From positions 95,684 through 159,683 of IMG/VR virus record IMGVR_UViG_3300032224_000970: a DNA stretch of 64,000 nt; one strand, 5' to 3'. The number at the start of each line of letters is the position of its first letter. The stretch's first letter is position 1. The DNA comes from a virus. Below the pieces are notes generated by a model, which was not told the origin of the DNA, did not search any database, and saw nothing but the letters and a program-made list of their open reading frames with translations. The position numbers were made by a program, and so were the translations under genes. This document shows, piece after piece, positions 47,517-55,462 of this stretch.

Positions 47517-47755
47517 CCTGCAGCTAATCACTGCTAGTGTGATCCGCACGAGAGAAACTGATTGACGATCAGTAGGATGGTTCTCCCTTTGAATAGGGCA
47601 TGAGTAAAATCATGGGTCTACCTAACCAGCGTTGGCAACACGAGAGTTCTGTCTGTGGCGAGTGGGTGGAGGGAGTGCGTGATGAAAGATTAATTGGAGT
47701 AAAACCTGACCAAATTTCTGATGCTCTATAATTACCACGACAGACAGGAAGCATT
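47517..47755 (+). ncRNA. putative multi-hairpin structured RNA (~240 nt)
   Basis: no + strand ORF; hairpins ACTGAT/ATCAGT, CCCT/AGGG, CATGA/TCATG, CTGTCTGT/ACAGACAG. Confidence 0.55.
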
Positions 47756-47757
47756 TA

Positions 47758-47834
47758 GCCCAGATGACGGAATTGGTATACGTGTTGGTCTTAGAAGCCA
47801 AATTTTGAGAGTTCGAGTCTCTCTCTGGGCACCA
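47758..47834 (+). tRNA. tRNA-Leu(TAG), short variable region
   Basis: loop CTTAGAA, ACCA. Confidence 0.88.
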
Positions 47835-47839
47835 ATTAT

Positions 47840-47914
47840 GGATCGTTAACTCAGTGGTAGAGTGTCTCTTTTACACGGAGAAGGTCGGGAGTTCGAATCT
47901 CTCACGATCCACCA
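47840..47914 (+). tRNA. tRNA-Val(TAC)
   Basis: loop TTTACAC, ACCA. Confidence 0.9.
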
Positions 47915-47965
47915 TTTTTATTAGGAGATAGTTATGAAGCGAAAATCTAAAACCCGAAAGAGTAT

Positions 47966-48041
47966 GGGGGTATGGTGAAATGGTTATCACAGCAGACTTT
48001 TAATCTGCCAGTTTAGGGTTCGAGTCCCTGTGCCCCTACCA
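47966..48041 (+). tRNA. tRNA-Lys(TTT)
   Basis: GCAGA-CTTTTAA-TCTGC, ACCA. Confidence 0.9.
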
Positions 48042-48119
48042 TATAAAAACACATTTCAGCAGGATAGCCTGTGGTGGATAGTTTCTGTTTAGTACAGTAT
48101 TCGAAGTGTGTTTCTATAT

Positions 48120-48194
48120 GGTAACATAGCACAATGGCAGTGCACATCCTTCATACGGATAAGGTTATTGGTTCAAGTCCAATTGTTACCACCA
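48120..48194 (+). tRNA. tRNA-Met(CAT), elongator-like
   Basis: loop TTCATAC, ACCA. Confidence 0.85.
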
Positions 48195-48204
48195 AAGGAA
48201 TTTT

Positions 48205-48440
48205 ATGTTAGAATATGTAGTTACATTTATTGCCATATTCATGCTTGATGTTGTTTATACATATTATCTAAGATGTGTGGCTAACAATCATGTTCTCGGT
48301 GCCAGTTGCTGGTCGATTGCATGTTACCTTCTTGGAAGTGTTGCTGTAATCAATTATACAAGTAATCACTGGTTGTTACTACCTGCAGTTGCTGGTGCAT
48401 TTTGTGGCACCTATGTAGGTATGATATTGAAAAGAAATAA

Positions 48441-48450
<10 letters not shown>
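48205..48450 (+). CDS. small membrane protein
   Basis: three TMs, AAGGA SD; last 10 nt overlap tRNA-Pro. Confidence 0.65.
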
Positions 48451-48517
<67 letters not shown>

Positions 48518-48524
48518 AGTTTTT

Positions 48525-48598
48525 GCCCTATTAGTTAAATGGTAGAACATCGGTTTTGTAATCCGAGGAAGGCAGTTCGATTCTGTCATGGGGCACCA
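48525..48598 (+). tRNA. tRNA-Thr(TGT)
   Basis: loop TTTGTAA, ACCA. Confidence 0.85.
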
Positions 48599-48606
48599 AG
48601 TTTTAT

Positions 48607-48681
48607 TCCACAGTAGCACAGCGGTAGTGCAGTTGACTGTTAATCAATTGGTCGGAGGTTCGATCCCTTCCTGTGGAGCCA
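48607..48681 (+). tRNA. tRNA-Asn(GTT)
   Basis: loop CTGTTAA, GCCA. Confidence 0.92.
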
Positions 48682-48767
48682 GTTTTGTGGTAAGGAAAGT
48701 AAAAGGAGAATGGGCAAGTCGTTGGCTAGACAATGACTAGATACCTCACCTGCCACAAATTTTATTT

Positions 48768-48841
48768 GGGGGATTAGTTAAATGGGATAACCATGGCTTT
48801 GCAAGCCATTATTGAGAGTTCGATTCTCTCATCCTCCACCA
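48768..48841 (+). tRNA. tRNA-Ala(TGC)
   Basis: G3:U70, loop TTTGCAA, ACCA. Confidence 0.9.
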
Positions 48842-48857
48842 ATTATGAAAGATAGCA

Positions 48858-49307
48858 ATGATACACGTAATCAAAGAACTGACTGAAGCGATATACAGCA
48901 TACTAACTGAAGATCCAGTTAGACCACATATCCCACAGCTGGATCGTGTTGGTGAACACAAAGATGTTTTCGTATATCGTAATCAAGATCAATCAGTTGC
49001 AGCAATCACATGTGTCAGCTATCAGAATTTTGTTCCAGTAAGCGAACGTGAGTTGTTTCAAGATTGCGAGAAACCAACCATCGCAGTGTTCTATACAATA
49101 TGGAGTTATGCTCCAGGAGCAGGTCGTTCACTGATATTTGATGCGGTTAAATATATCAAGGAAACGAATCCGAACATTGAACGATTCGTTACTCTATCTC
49201 CAAAGACAGAGACAGCGAAAAGGTTTCACATACGTAATGGTGCTATCATCTTTAGAGAGAATGAAGAAACAACTAACTATGAATATGTTAATGCAGTATT
49301 GCTCTAG
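48858..49307 (+). CDS. hypothetical protein, possible GNAT-like fold
   Basis: FYTIWSYAPGAGRSLI and AKRFHIRNGA resemble acetyl-CoA-binding motifs. Confidence 0.5.
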   Translation: MIHVIKELTEAIYSILTEDPVRPHIPQLDRVGEHKDVFVYRNQDQSVAAITCVSYQNFVPVSERELFQDCEKPTIAVFYTIWSYAPGAGRSLIFDAVKYIKETNPNIERFVTLSPKTETAKRFHIRNGAIIFRENEETTNYEYVNAVLL

Positions 49308-49376
49308 TAGCTCAGTTGGTAGAGCAACTGATTAGTAATCAGTAGGTCTGCGGTTCGAATCCGTACTAGAGCACCA
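49301..49376 (+). tRNA. tRNA-Thr(AGT)
   Basis: ACTGA-TTAGTAA-TCAGT, canonical D and T arms, ACCA. Confidence 0.9.
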
Positions 49377-49405
49377 TTTTAAAAATAAAATTGGGGAGAT
49401 GAAAG

Positions 49406-49684
49406 ATGAGTGATGGTGGAAAAGGTAGTGCGCCAAGACCATTAGCAGTTTCTTATGATGAGTATACAGCTAAATGGAATGCAATATTCAGGAACGAGGG
49501 TGTTAGTAAGTCACAGGCAAAACGATTAGCAGTGCAACGTGAAGATAACACTGGCACTGATAAGAATGAATACTACGATGTTCTTTCTACAGAAGACTGT
49601 ATAGATCCTGTTACACGTGATGATTCAGCTGCTGAAGATGAAGCATTCAAGTATGTGGAGGAACATCAGAAATATAAAGTATAA
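49406..49684 (+). CDS. hypothetical protein
   Basis: MSDGGKGSAPRP...WNAIF motif, GGAG SD. Confidence 0.65.
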   Translation: MSDGGKGSAPRPLAVSYDEYTAKWNAIFRNEGVSKSQAKRLAVQREDNTGTDKNEYYDVLSTEDCIDPVTRDDSAAEDEAFKYVEEHQKYKV

Positions 49685-49685
49685 T

Positions 49686-49759
49686 ATCTCGATAGTGTAA
49701 TGGCAGCATACCAGTCTCCAAAACTGTTGGTCGGGGTTCGAGTCCCTGTCGGGATGCCA
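49686..49759 (+). tRNA. tRNA-Trp(CCA)
   Basis: loop CTCCAAA, GCCA. Confidence 0.88.
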
Positions 49760-49761
49760 GA

Positions 49762-49847
49762 AAAAGTCCTTGAGGATAGATCAAGGCAGATTAATCACCT
49801 CCGAGTTCGGAGTAGTTTGATTAGCAGCAGGTGGAAGCCCTGCACCA
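49762..49847 (+). ncRNA. putative 3-hairpin RNA ending in ACCA
   Basis: CCTTGA/TCAAGG, CTCCGA/TCGGAG within TAATCA/TGATTA, GCAGG/CCTGC then ACCA. Confidence 0.5.
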
Positions 49848-49849
49848 TT

Positions 49850-49923
49850 GCGGGTAAGCACAAGGTGTGTCGCCAGCCTTCCAAGCTGTGCAGAGTGGAG
49901 TTCGACTCTCCCTATCCGCTCCA
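49850..49923 (+). tRNA. tRNA-Gly(TCC), reduced D arm
   Basis: GCGGG acceptor, loop CTTCCAA, U73-CCA. Confidence 0.8.
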
Positions 49924-49944
49924 TAAAATATAAGAGGTGTAGTC

Positions 49945-50427
49945 ATGAAAAAAATTAATATTGATGAAGTGAAAACTTACATTGAAGTACAGAGTCCCGA
50001 AACAAAAATCTACATTGGTGGTGACTCCGAACGATTTAATATTGGTAATGACTGGTATGCGGACTACACACTTGCGATTGTTGTTCATATCAATGGTAAC
50101 AATGGATGTAAAATTTTTGGTGAAACCATTCGTGAACGTGACTGGGATCAGAAGAAAGACAAGCCACGTATGCGTCTGATGAACGAAGTATACAAGATCG
50201 CAGAGTTATACCTAAAGTTGCAAGACGTATTGGAAGATAGAGAGGTAGAAGTTCACCTAGATATCAATCCAAACGAAATGCATGGTTCAAGTTGCGTTAT
50301 CAATGAAGCAGTCGGTTACATTCGTGGTATGTGTAATGTTATCCCACTGGTTAAACCAAATGCATTTGCAGCAAGTTATGCAGCAGATAGATTGAAGTGG
50401 GTTATGCAAGAAAGAAAAGTTGCTTGA
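49945..50427 (+). CDS. RNase H-like YkuK/DUF458 family protein
   Basis: IYIGGDS, RLMNEV, EVHLDIN, KPNAFAASYAAD. Confidence 0.8.
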   Translation: MKKINIDEVKTYIEVQSPETKIYIGGDSERFNIGNDWYADYTLAIVVHINGNNGCKIFGETIRERDWDQKKDKPRMRLMNEVYKIAELYLKLQDVLEDREVEVHLDINPNEMHGSSCVINEAVGYIRGMCNVIPLVKPNAFAASYAADRLKWVMQERKVA

Positions 50428-50452
50428 CATGCAATAATGTTTAGCGTATAAT
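50424..50452 (+). promoter_or_regulatory. consensus sigma70 promoter
   Basis: TTGACA-17-TATAAT. Confidence 0.8.
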
Positions 50453-50473
50453 TATGTTTATTGAAATGAAGGA

Positions 50474-51067
50474 ATGACTATGGAAACTATTAATTTGAGA
50501 AAAGCAAATGCAATCCAAAGCGAGATCCGTAAAGCGATCTCTAGTTCTGATGTTAGCGATACTGCTACCATCACTGAGTACAGCAAAGACATTGCTGGTA
50601 GTCTTGAGAAAGCAATGGCAGATTATGCCACTGATGTTACTCGCAAGGTAGCATTAAACACTGCGTTGTTTAACATTCGTAAGAGTGTTGCTCAAGCAAA
50701 CGCCACTAATGGTATTAGCGATATCCTTGCTGATGTTGAATTGGTCGATGCCAAGATCACAGTTTACAGCAATGTTGCCACTAAGCAAGTTGCTAAGACT
50801 CTGACTGAAATCTCTAATCGTATCGAGAAGATTAAAGCTGTGCCACCTGATGCTTCTCGTGCTGCAGCAATCTATGGTGATCGTTACAACACAGTGGAAA
50901 CATCTGTTGTTGAACAAGGTACTATCGATGGTGCCAAACAAATTGTCAAGCAATTGAAGCGTGAGAAGCAAGCACTTCAAGACAAACTGTTGACACTGAA
51001 TGTTAACACTACAATCAACATTGATAGTGTTGATGAGATGGTTTTGAAGATCGAAGGTATTTTGTAA
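50474..51067 (+). CDS. long coiled-coil hairpin protein, possibly DIP1984/DUF6847-like
   Basis: INLRKANAIQ...LQDKLLTLNVNTTI end motifs, all-helical. Confidence 0.55.
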   Translation: MTMETINLRKANAIQSEIRKAISSSDVSDTATITEYSKDIAGSLEKAMADYATDVTRKVALNTALFNIRKSVAQANATNGISDILADVELVDAKITVYSNVATKQVAKTLTEISNRIEKIKAVPPDASRAAAIYGDRYNTVETSVVEQGTIDGAKQIVKQLKREKQALQDKLLTLNVNTTINIDSVDEMVLKIEGIL

Positions 51068-51071
51068 GTTT

Positions 51072-51320
51072 TGAGGAACAGTGCGATAAGAGAGCAGAAT
51101 GGGTAGTTGCAAAAATCTAATACTTCTAAAGTATTGGCTTGGTCTTGAAAACCAAATCCGAACAATTGTCCGACTCTGTTGTTGCTCCACGATATATACT
51201 AGACTGTTATAGTCGTTGCTTGTTGCTTCGTGGTTTATAACTTTTGTGGACTGTCCATTGCATATTGCTAATTGCATATTGCTATGCGACTATTCGCTTG
51301 AATTGAAACACTGTTCCTCA
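51072..51320 (+). ncRNA. putative ~250-nt structured RNA with heptamer-repeat loop
   Basis: 12-bp closing stem TGAGGAACAGTG/CACTGTTCCTCA; ten 7-nt units at 51216-51285. Confidence 0.7.
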
Positions 51321-51323
51321 TCT

Positions 51324-51399
51324 GCGGGAGTAATTCAGTTGGTAGAATGCCTGCTTGCCAAGCAGAATGTCGTCGGTTCGAGTCCGATCTCCCGCTCCA
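51324..51399 (+). tRNA. tRNA-Gly(GCC)
   Basis: loop TTGCCAA, U73-CCA. Confidence 0.92.
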
Positions 51400-51417
51400 A
51401 TTTTATAGGATGATTTT

Positions 51418-51786
51418 ATGTTTACTCTGTTGGTTCTACTGCAAGTGAAACACTGGTATGTTGACTTCGTTATGCAAACTCCAGAAATGGTTGCAGGTAA
51501 AGGTATCTACGGAAATCCACATGGCATCGTTCACTCTCTCCAGCATGCAGCTGCAACACTTGCACTGCTGCTTCTCGCTATCAATCCCACGATAGCAATC
51601 TCACTCGCAGCACTCGACTTCGTCACTCACTATCATATAGACTGGGTGAAGATTCGTTTCGGTTGCCGAGACATACAGAATCCCAAATTTTGGAATCATC
51701 TTGGTCTTGACCAGATGGCGCATCAGATCGTTTACATAACAATTGCAATCTTTGCTGCAAGTGCAATGGGTGCAGTTATAATCTAG
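51418..51786 (+). CDS. DUF3307-like membrane protein
   Basis: KHWYVDF..Q, HSLQH, HYHID, GLDQMAH. Confidence 0.8.
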   Translation: MFTLLVLLQVKHWYVDFVMQTPEMVAGKGIYGNPHGIVHSLQHAAATLALLLLAINPTIAISLAALDFVTHYHIDWVKIRFGCRDIQNPKFWNHLGLDQMAHQIVYITIAIFAASAMGAVII

Positions 51787-51794
51787 GAGATAGT

Positions 51795-51992
51795 ATGGAA
51801 GAACAGCCAGTCAAACTTACATTCAAAGAACAGTGGGAACAACGCAAGTTGCTCAAACGATCCAAGAAGAAAGCCAAGAAAGAATTAGTGAAGAAGGGTT
51901 ACGATCCTTCGTCAGCATCATCGATGGTCAAGAAAGCATTAAAGAACATATCAAATAAACCAGAACGCAAAGCAGCGAATAGAGGTGGGTAA
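51795..51992 (+). CDS. basic hypothetical protein
   Basis: AGGAG SD. Confidence 0.55.
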   Translation: MEEQPVKLTFKEQWEQRKLLKRSKKKAKKELVKKGYDPSSASSMVKKALKNISNKPERKAANRGG

Positions 51993-52168
51993 TGATATAC
52001 TTACAAAAACCAAATGGGCAAACAGTTGCAATTAATCCGCTACAGGTATTGATGATAACCGAAGGTACAGCTGGTTGCACGATACACTTTGTTGGTGGTG
52101 TAAATACGATGACCAATGAAAGTTATCTCGATGTTGTTGCCAAGATCAAAGTAGCATTGGAGAAATAA
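51992..52168 (+). CDS. small FlbD-like protein (not in ORF track)
   Basis: MIYLQKPNGQTVAINPLQVLMITE... Confidence 0.5.
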   Translation: MIYLQKPNGQTVAINPLQVLMITEGTAGCTIHFVGGVNTMTNESYLDVVAKIKVALEK

Positions 52169-52282
52169 TGACTATACTGACTGTAGTTGTCTATGGTTTC
52201 TTTACTGCATTTGGCTGGTGGGGTGCACAGCACTATGTGATCGAGCCATACTTTCCTGAGCCAATTAAAAAAGAAGTTAAGA

Positions 52283-52597
52283 ATGGCGATCAGTAACCCA
52301 ATTGATGATGTGCACTTCCAAGCCTATGACTATGCCATCGGTGGAAAGATGGTAGTGGGTAGAGCAGAAATGACTGAAGACTTTAGAATGATGCTGGAGG
52401 ATGGAGATGCCACTGCCATTATACAGATTAAAGAGAAACTCACTCGAGATATGGTATCATACATGCTAGAGAATAAACTCGTGGAATTCACTCATCACGA
52501 TGATCCAACTACATTACGTAGAAAGATTGCAGTAAGAGCATATCTCGCTCCAAACGACCAAGTAAAAATCCTAAGACTAGCGAATAAAATACTATGA
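52283..52597 (+). CDS. hypothetical protein
   Basis: ORF in coupled run. Confidence 0.55.
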   Translation: MAISNPIDDVHFQAYDYAIGGKMVVGRAEMTEDFRMMLEDGDATAIIQIKEKLTRDMVSYMLENKLVEFTHHDDPTTLRRKIAVRAYLAPNDQVKILRLANKIL

Positions 52598-52866
52598 ATG
52601 ATTTACACGACACACAGAGAGAAGCCATTTTCCGACTACGCAAGGAACTAGACATAGCCGAAGAAAGAGTTCGGCTAATGACAAGTGCGATCAAACAGAT
52701 GGAAGGAAGAATCACCAAGGACTACAGCAGTCCAAAGGTTCAGATTGAAGTGCTACGTGAGTATATGATGGTGATGATTGCGCTGAAAGACTGGCATGGT
52801 GTTTCAGATGCAGCCAATGACCTAAGAGAAATCGAGGCACGTACCTACGGAAAACATTCAGGATAA
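52594..52866 (+). CDS. hypothetical protein
   Basis: DWHGVSDAANDLREIEA motif. Confidence 0.6.
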   Translation: MNDLHDTQREAIFRLRKELDIAEERVRLMTSAIKQMEGRITKDYSSPKVQIEVLREYMMVMIALKDWHGVSDAANDLREIEARTYGKHSG

Positions 52867-52869
52867 ATT

Positions 52870-53070
52870 ATGCAACAAATACATCTAAACCACGAAGACA
52901 TCGAAGCCATTGCTAATTTCGCCAGCAAGTATCCAGATTCAGAGGTAATCACAATCACAGCTGATTCCTCATCTGGTATCGGATCGATAATCAAGGTATC
53001 AGTCCCTACCTATATTAATGATGATCACGTCGTGGTCGAGAAAACAATCGCAGATGAAAGCAGATGGTAA
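52870..53070 (+). CDS. hypothetical protein
   Basis: DSSSGIGS motif. Confidence 0.55.
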   Translation: MQQIHLNHEDIEAIANFASKYPDSEVITITADSSSGIGSIIKVSVPTYINDDHVVVEKTIADESRW

Positions 53071-53307
53071 ATGAAGGCACAGGATGAATACGAACTCTGC
53101 TCTCTAAGCGAAGCGGAAGCATTTGCAAAGAAACGCTGCTGGTGTCATACTTGCAATCCCATAGACGCTACCAAGCCAGAATCAGTCTATATGCGTCTAT
53201 GCCCTGACTGCGGTAACAAACGCTGTCCCAAAGCAACCGACCATAGACTAGACTGCACCAACTCCAATGATTCAGGACAGAAAGGAAGCATCTATGGTGG
53301 ACTCTAA
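53071..53307 (+). CDS. Cys-rich zinc-binding protein
   Basis: CWCHTC...CPDCGNKRCPKATDH..C. Confidence 0.65.
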   Translation: MKAQDEYELCSLSEAEAFAKKRCWCHTCNPIDATKPESVYMRLCPDCGNKRCPKATDHRLDCTNSNDSGQKGSIYGGL

Positions 53308-53497
53308 TGGAAAGAAACCAGAGTACAAAGAAGGCGACCGAGTCTATGTTCATCCAGCAAAGATGCAGGCAACAGTAATCAAACAAATCCTACATCATGA
53401 TGGCAGTGAAACCTTCTGGGGAAATCTCGAGTTACTCTATGATGATGGAATCAAGGGAACAAGTCACAGCTGGCAATGCTCAAAGGTAGTAGAATGA
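53294..53497 (+). CDS. hypothetical protein
   Basis: AAGGA SD, SH3-like size. Confidence 0.5.
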   Translation: MVDSNGKKPEYKEGDRVYVHPAKMQATVIKQILHHDGSETFWGNLELLYDDGIKGTSHSWQCSKVVE

Positions 53498-53557
53498 ATG
53501 TTAAAAGACTGAGAATGAGTAGTTATCGCTCTCTGCTAAAAAACTAGGATTCTATTT

Positions 53558-53908
53558 ATGCAACGCAAATGGGAACGATACAAAGAAAAAAGTTGCCCCA
53601 CATGTGGTACCAAACATAAAAAGAAAGGTCTATACTGCTCGCGTAGCTGTGGTAACTCACGATCTTTTACTCCCAAGCAGCGTGAAAACCTTTCTGTCAA
53701 GCAATCTGTGCATATGAATAGCCCAGAAGCACTTGATGCACGTGATAGAGCAACGAAGGAAATCAGTTTACAGGCGAAGAAGCGTATCAATCGTGCTGAT
53801 GAAGACCTACAGACGATGACACTTGATGATTTTATGCTTGAGCCAGCTGTTACGAAGCTATCAGACAACCAATTTGTGCAAGATGGCGACCTCTGGACCG
53901 AAGAGTGA
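53558..53908 (+). CDS. zinc-finger protein
   Basis: CPTCG...YCSRSC. Confidence 0.6.
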   Translation: MQRKWERYKEKSCPTCGTKHKKKGLYCSRSCGNSRSFTPKQRENLSVKQSVHMNSPEALDARDRATKEISLQAKKRINRADEDLQTMTLDDFMLEPAVTKLSDNQFVQDGDLWTEE

Positions 53909-53927
53909 GTCTGCAACAAAGAAAAAT

Positions 53928-54164
53928 TTGACATTTATTTGACACTGGGGTAAAATTACAGTGTTGGGGTTGATGAAAAGAGTAAAAAGTCCAGTAAAAT
54001 CAGTGACTTAGCAGTGTTTTCAGTCTCTCTAGAGGAAAAGTCCTTTAAAATCAACGACTTAGGACGTTTTCCTGCGATTTTCCAGTCTGGAGAGACCTAA
54101 AACCCTCTGTTCTGTAGGGTTTTGTAAGAAATGTCTTTACAATAATTCAGTGTTCGGGCATAAT
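53928..54164 (+). promoter_or_regulatory. regulatory region: two promoters, two IHF-like sites, hairpin
   Basis: TTGACA-17-TAAAAT (53928-53956); AATCAGTGACTTA (53998-54010); AATCAACGACTTA (54049-54061); TTTACA-17-CATAAT (54136-54164). Confidence 0.7.
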
Positions 54165-54200
54165 TCTATTATTGTGATGAGAACTGTGAAGGAAAACTCG

Positions 54201-55130
54201 ATGAATACGCTGAAAATCTCCCTGAAAACCATTGGTGACAAGACTGTGATCTTCTTCGGTGACAAGAAGGTCACTACCTCTAAAACTGGTCGTGGTCTGG
54301 AAGAGGTCATCGAGTTTCACTATCGCAAAATCACTGGTGTGAAGACTCCCTACAACCAAATCATGGGTACTACAAAATTGCAAGAATCAAAGTCTGAGAA
54401 ATTCGGTATCAATGCTCGCTTCACTTTCGTTGAGCAGCTGGTCTCTATGGTTGCTGATGGTGTTCAGCCCTCCGCTATCATTACTGGTGAAGGTGGCTTG
54501 GGTAAGACCTACACTGTGACTAAGACCCTCGAGTCCAAAGGTTACAAAGACATTTCTGATCTGGCTGACTTTCAAGTCGGTACTGTTCTGAATGCTCGCA
54601 AGTGCTTTACTACTGTTAAGGGTTTCTCGACCGCTAAGGGTCTCTACCGCACTCTGTTCGAGAACAACAAGTCGATCATCGTGTTTGATGACTGTGACTC
54701 TGTTCTGAAAGACCCAGTTGCACTGAATCTGTTGAAGTCTGCTCTTGACAGCTATGGTAAGCGTATCATCTCCTGGAATGCCGATATGCGTGATGATGAC
54801 CTGCCTCGCTCTTTCAACTTCGAAGGTCGTGTTATCTTCATCTCTAATATGGACGAAGGTCGCATTGACCAAGCCATTCGTAGTCGTTCTATGATGATCG
54901 ACCTGTCTATGACTACCGATCAGAAAATCGACCGTATGGAACACATCGCTCAGTCTGAAGAGTTTCTGCCTGAGTACAACAAGGGTATCATTGCTGATGC
55001 TCTGGCTCATATCCGTGAAATCAAGGACGAAGTGAAGGAAATGTCTCTGCGTACTTTGATCTCTGTTGCAAAGGTTCGTGCCAGCAACAAGGATTGGAAA
55101 GATCTGGCTACCTACATGTTGACTGCCTAA
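54201..55130 (+). CDS. AAA+ P-loop ATPase
   Basis: GEGGLGKT Walker A, VFDDCD Walker B, FISN, AIRSR arginine finger. Confidence 0.85.
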   Translation: MNTLKISLKTIGDKTVIFFGDKKVTTSKTGRGLEEVIEFHYRKITGVKTPYNQIMGTTKLQESKSEKFGINARFTFVEQLVSMVADGVQPSAIITGEGGLGKTYTVTKTLESKGYKDISDLADFQVGTVLNARKCFTTVKGFSTAKGLYRTLFENNKSIIVFDDCDSVLKDPVALNLLKSALDSYGKRIISWNADMRDDDLPRSFNFEGRVIFISNMDEGRIDQAIRSRSMMIDLSMTTDQKIDRMEHIAQSEEFLPEYNKGIIADALAHIREIKDEVKEMSLRTLISVAKVRASNKDWKDLATYMLTA

Positions 55131-55187
55131 GAGGGGGAGGGGGAGGGTATCCACTCTACCCCTGTATAGACAACCAATGGAGACTGT

Positions 55188-55400
55188 ATGAAAATTCGTG
55201 CAATAGTAAATGGTGTTAGTTTCTACACTACAACCACTGCAATTAAACAACGTCGTGTAGGTGACTTCTCTATGCAAAATGATGCGATGTCCTACTGCCT
55301 TCACTGTATGGGTAGTAGTGCTGGCTTTGCGACGACTGTTCGGTACTATGACAACAAGATGGTACAACATAAATTTGACGTGCAATTAACTAAGGTGTAG
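55188..55400 (+). CDS. hypothetical protein
   Basis: GGAG SD. Confidence 0.55.
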   Translation: MKIRAIVNGVSFYTTTTAIKQRRVGDFSMQNDAMSYCLHCMGSSAGFATTVRYYDNKMVQHKFDVQLTKV

Positions 55401-55401
55401 A

Positions 55402-55430
55402 ATTATACCTGATACTGCAATTAAAGTAAA
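55402..55430 (-). promoter_or_regulatory. antisense-oriented early-type promoter
   Basis: reverse complement TTTACT-TTAATTGCAGTATCAGG-TATAAT, same consensus as + strand early promoters. Confidence 0.7.
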
Positions 55431-55462
55431 GGGGTAGGGGTAGAAAACACGAAATTAGACTT

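Noticed and set aside
48768-48841. Reading this tRNA as Cys(GCA)
   Set aside because: The 7-nt loop TTTGCAA centres on TGC, and G3:U70 marks Ala
50654-51277. 207-aa minus-strand ORF
   Set aside because: Antisense to a real gene and the structured RNA; no promoter, SD or motifs
51216-51285. Heptamer array as simple microsatellite or CRISPR
   Set aside because: Units are degenerate except at fixed positions and are enclosed by stems; reported as an RNA element instead
54387-55385. 332-aa minus-strand ORF just downstream of the antisense promoter
   Set aside because: Mirror frame of a codon-biased ATPase gene; no SD, no recognisable motifs; treated as a shadow ORF, although antisense RNA remains possible
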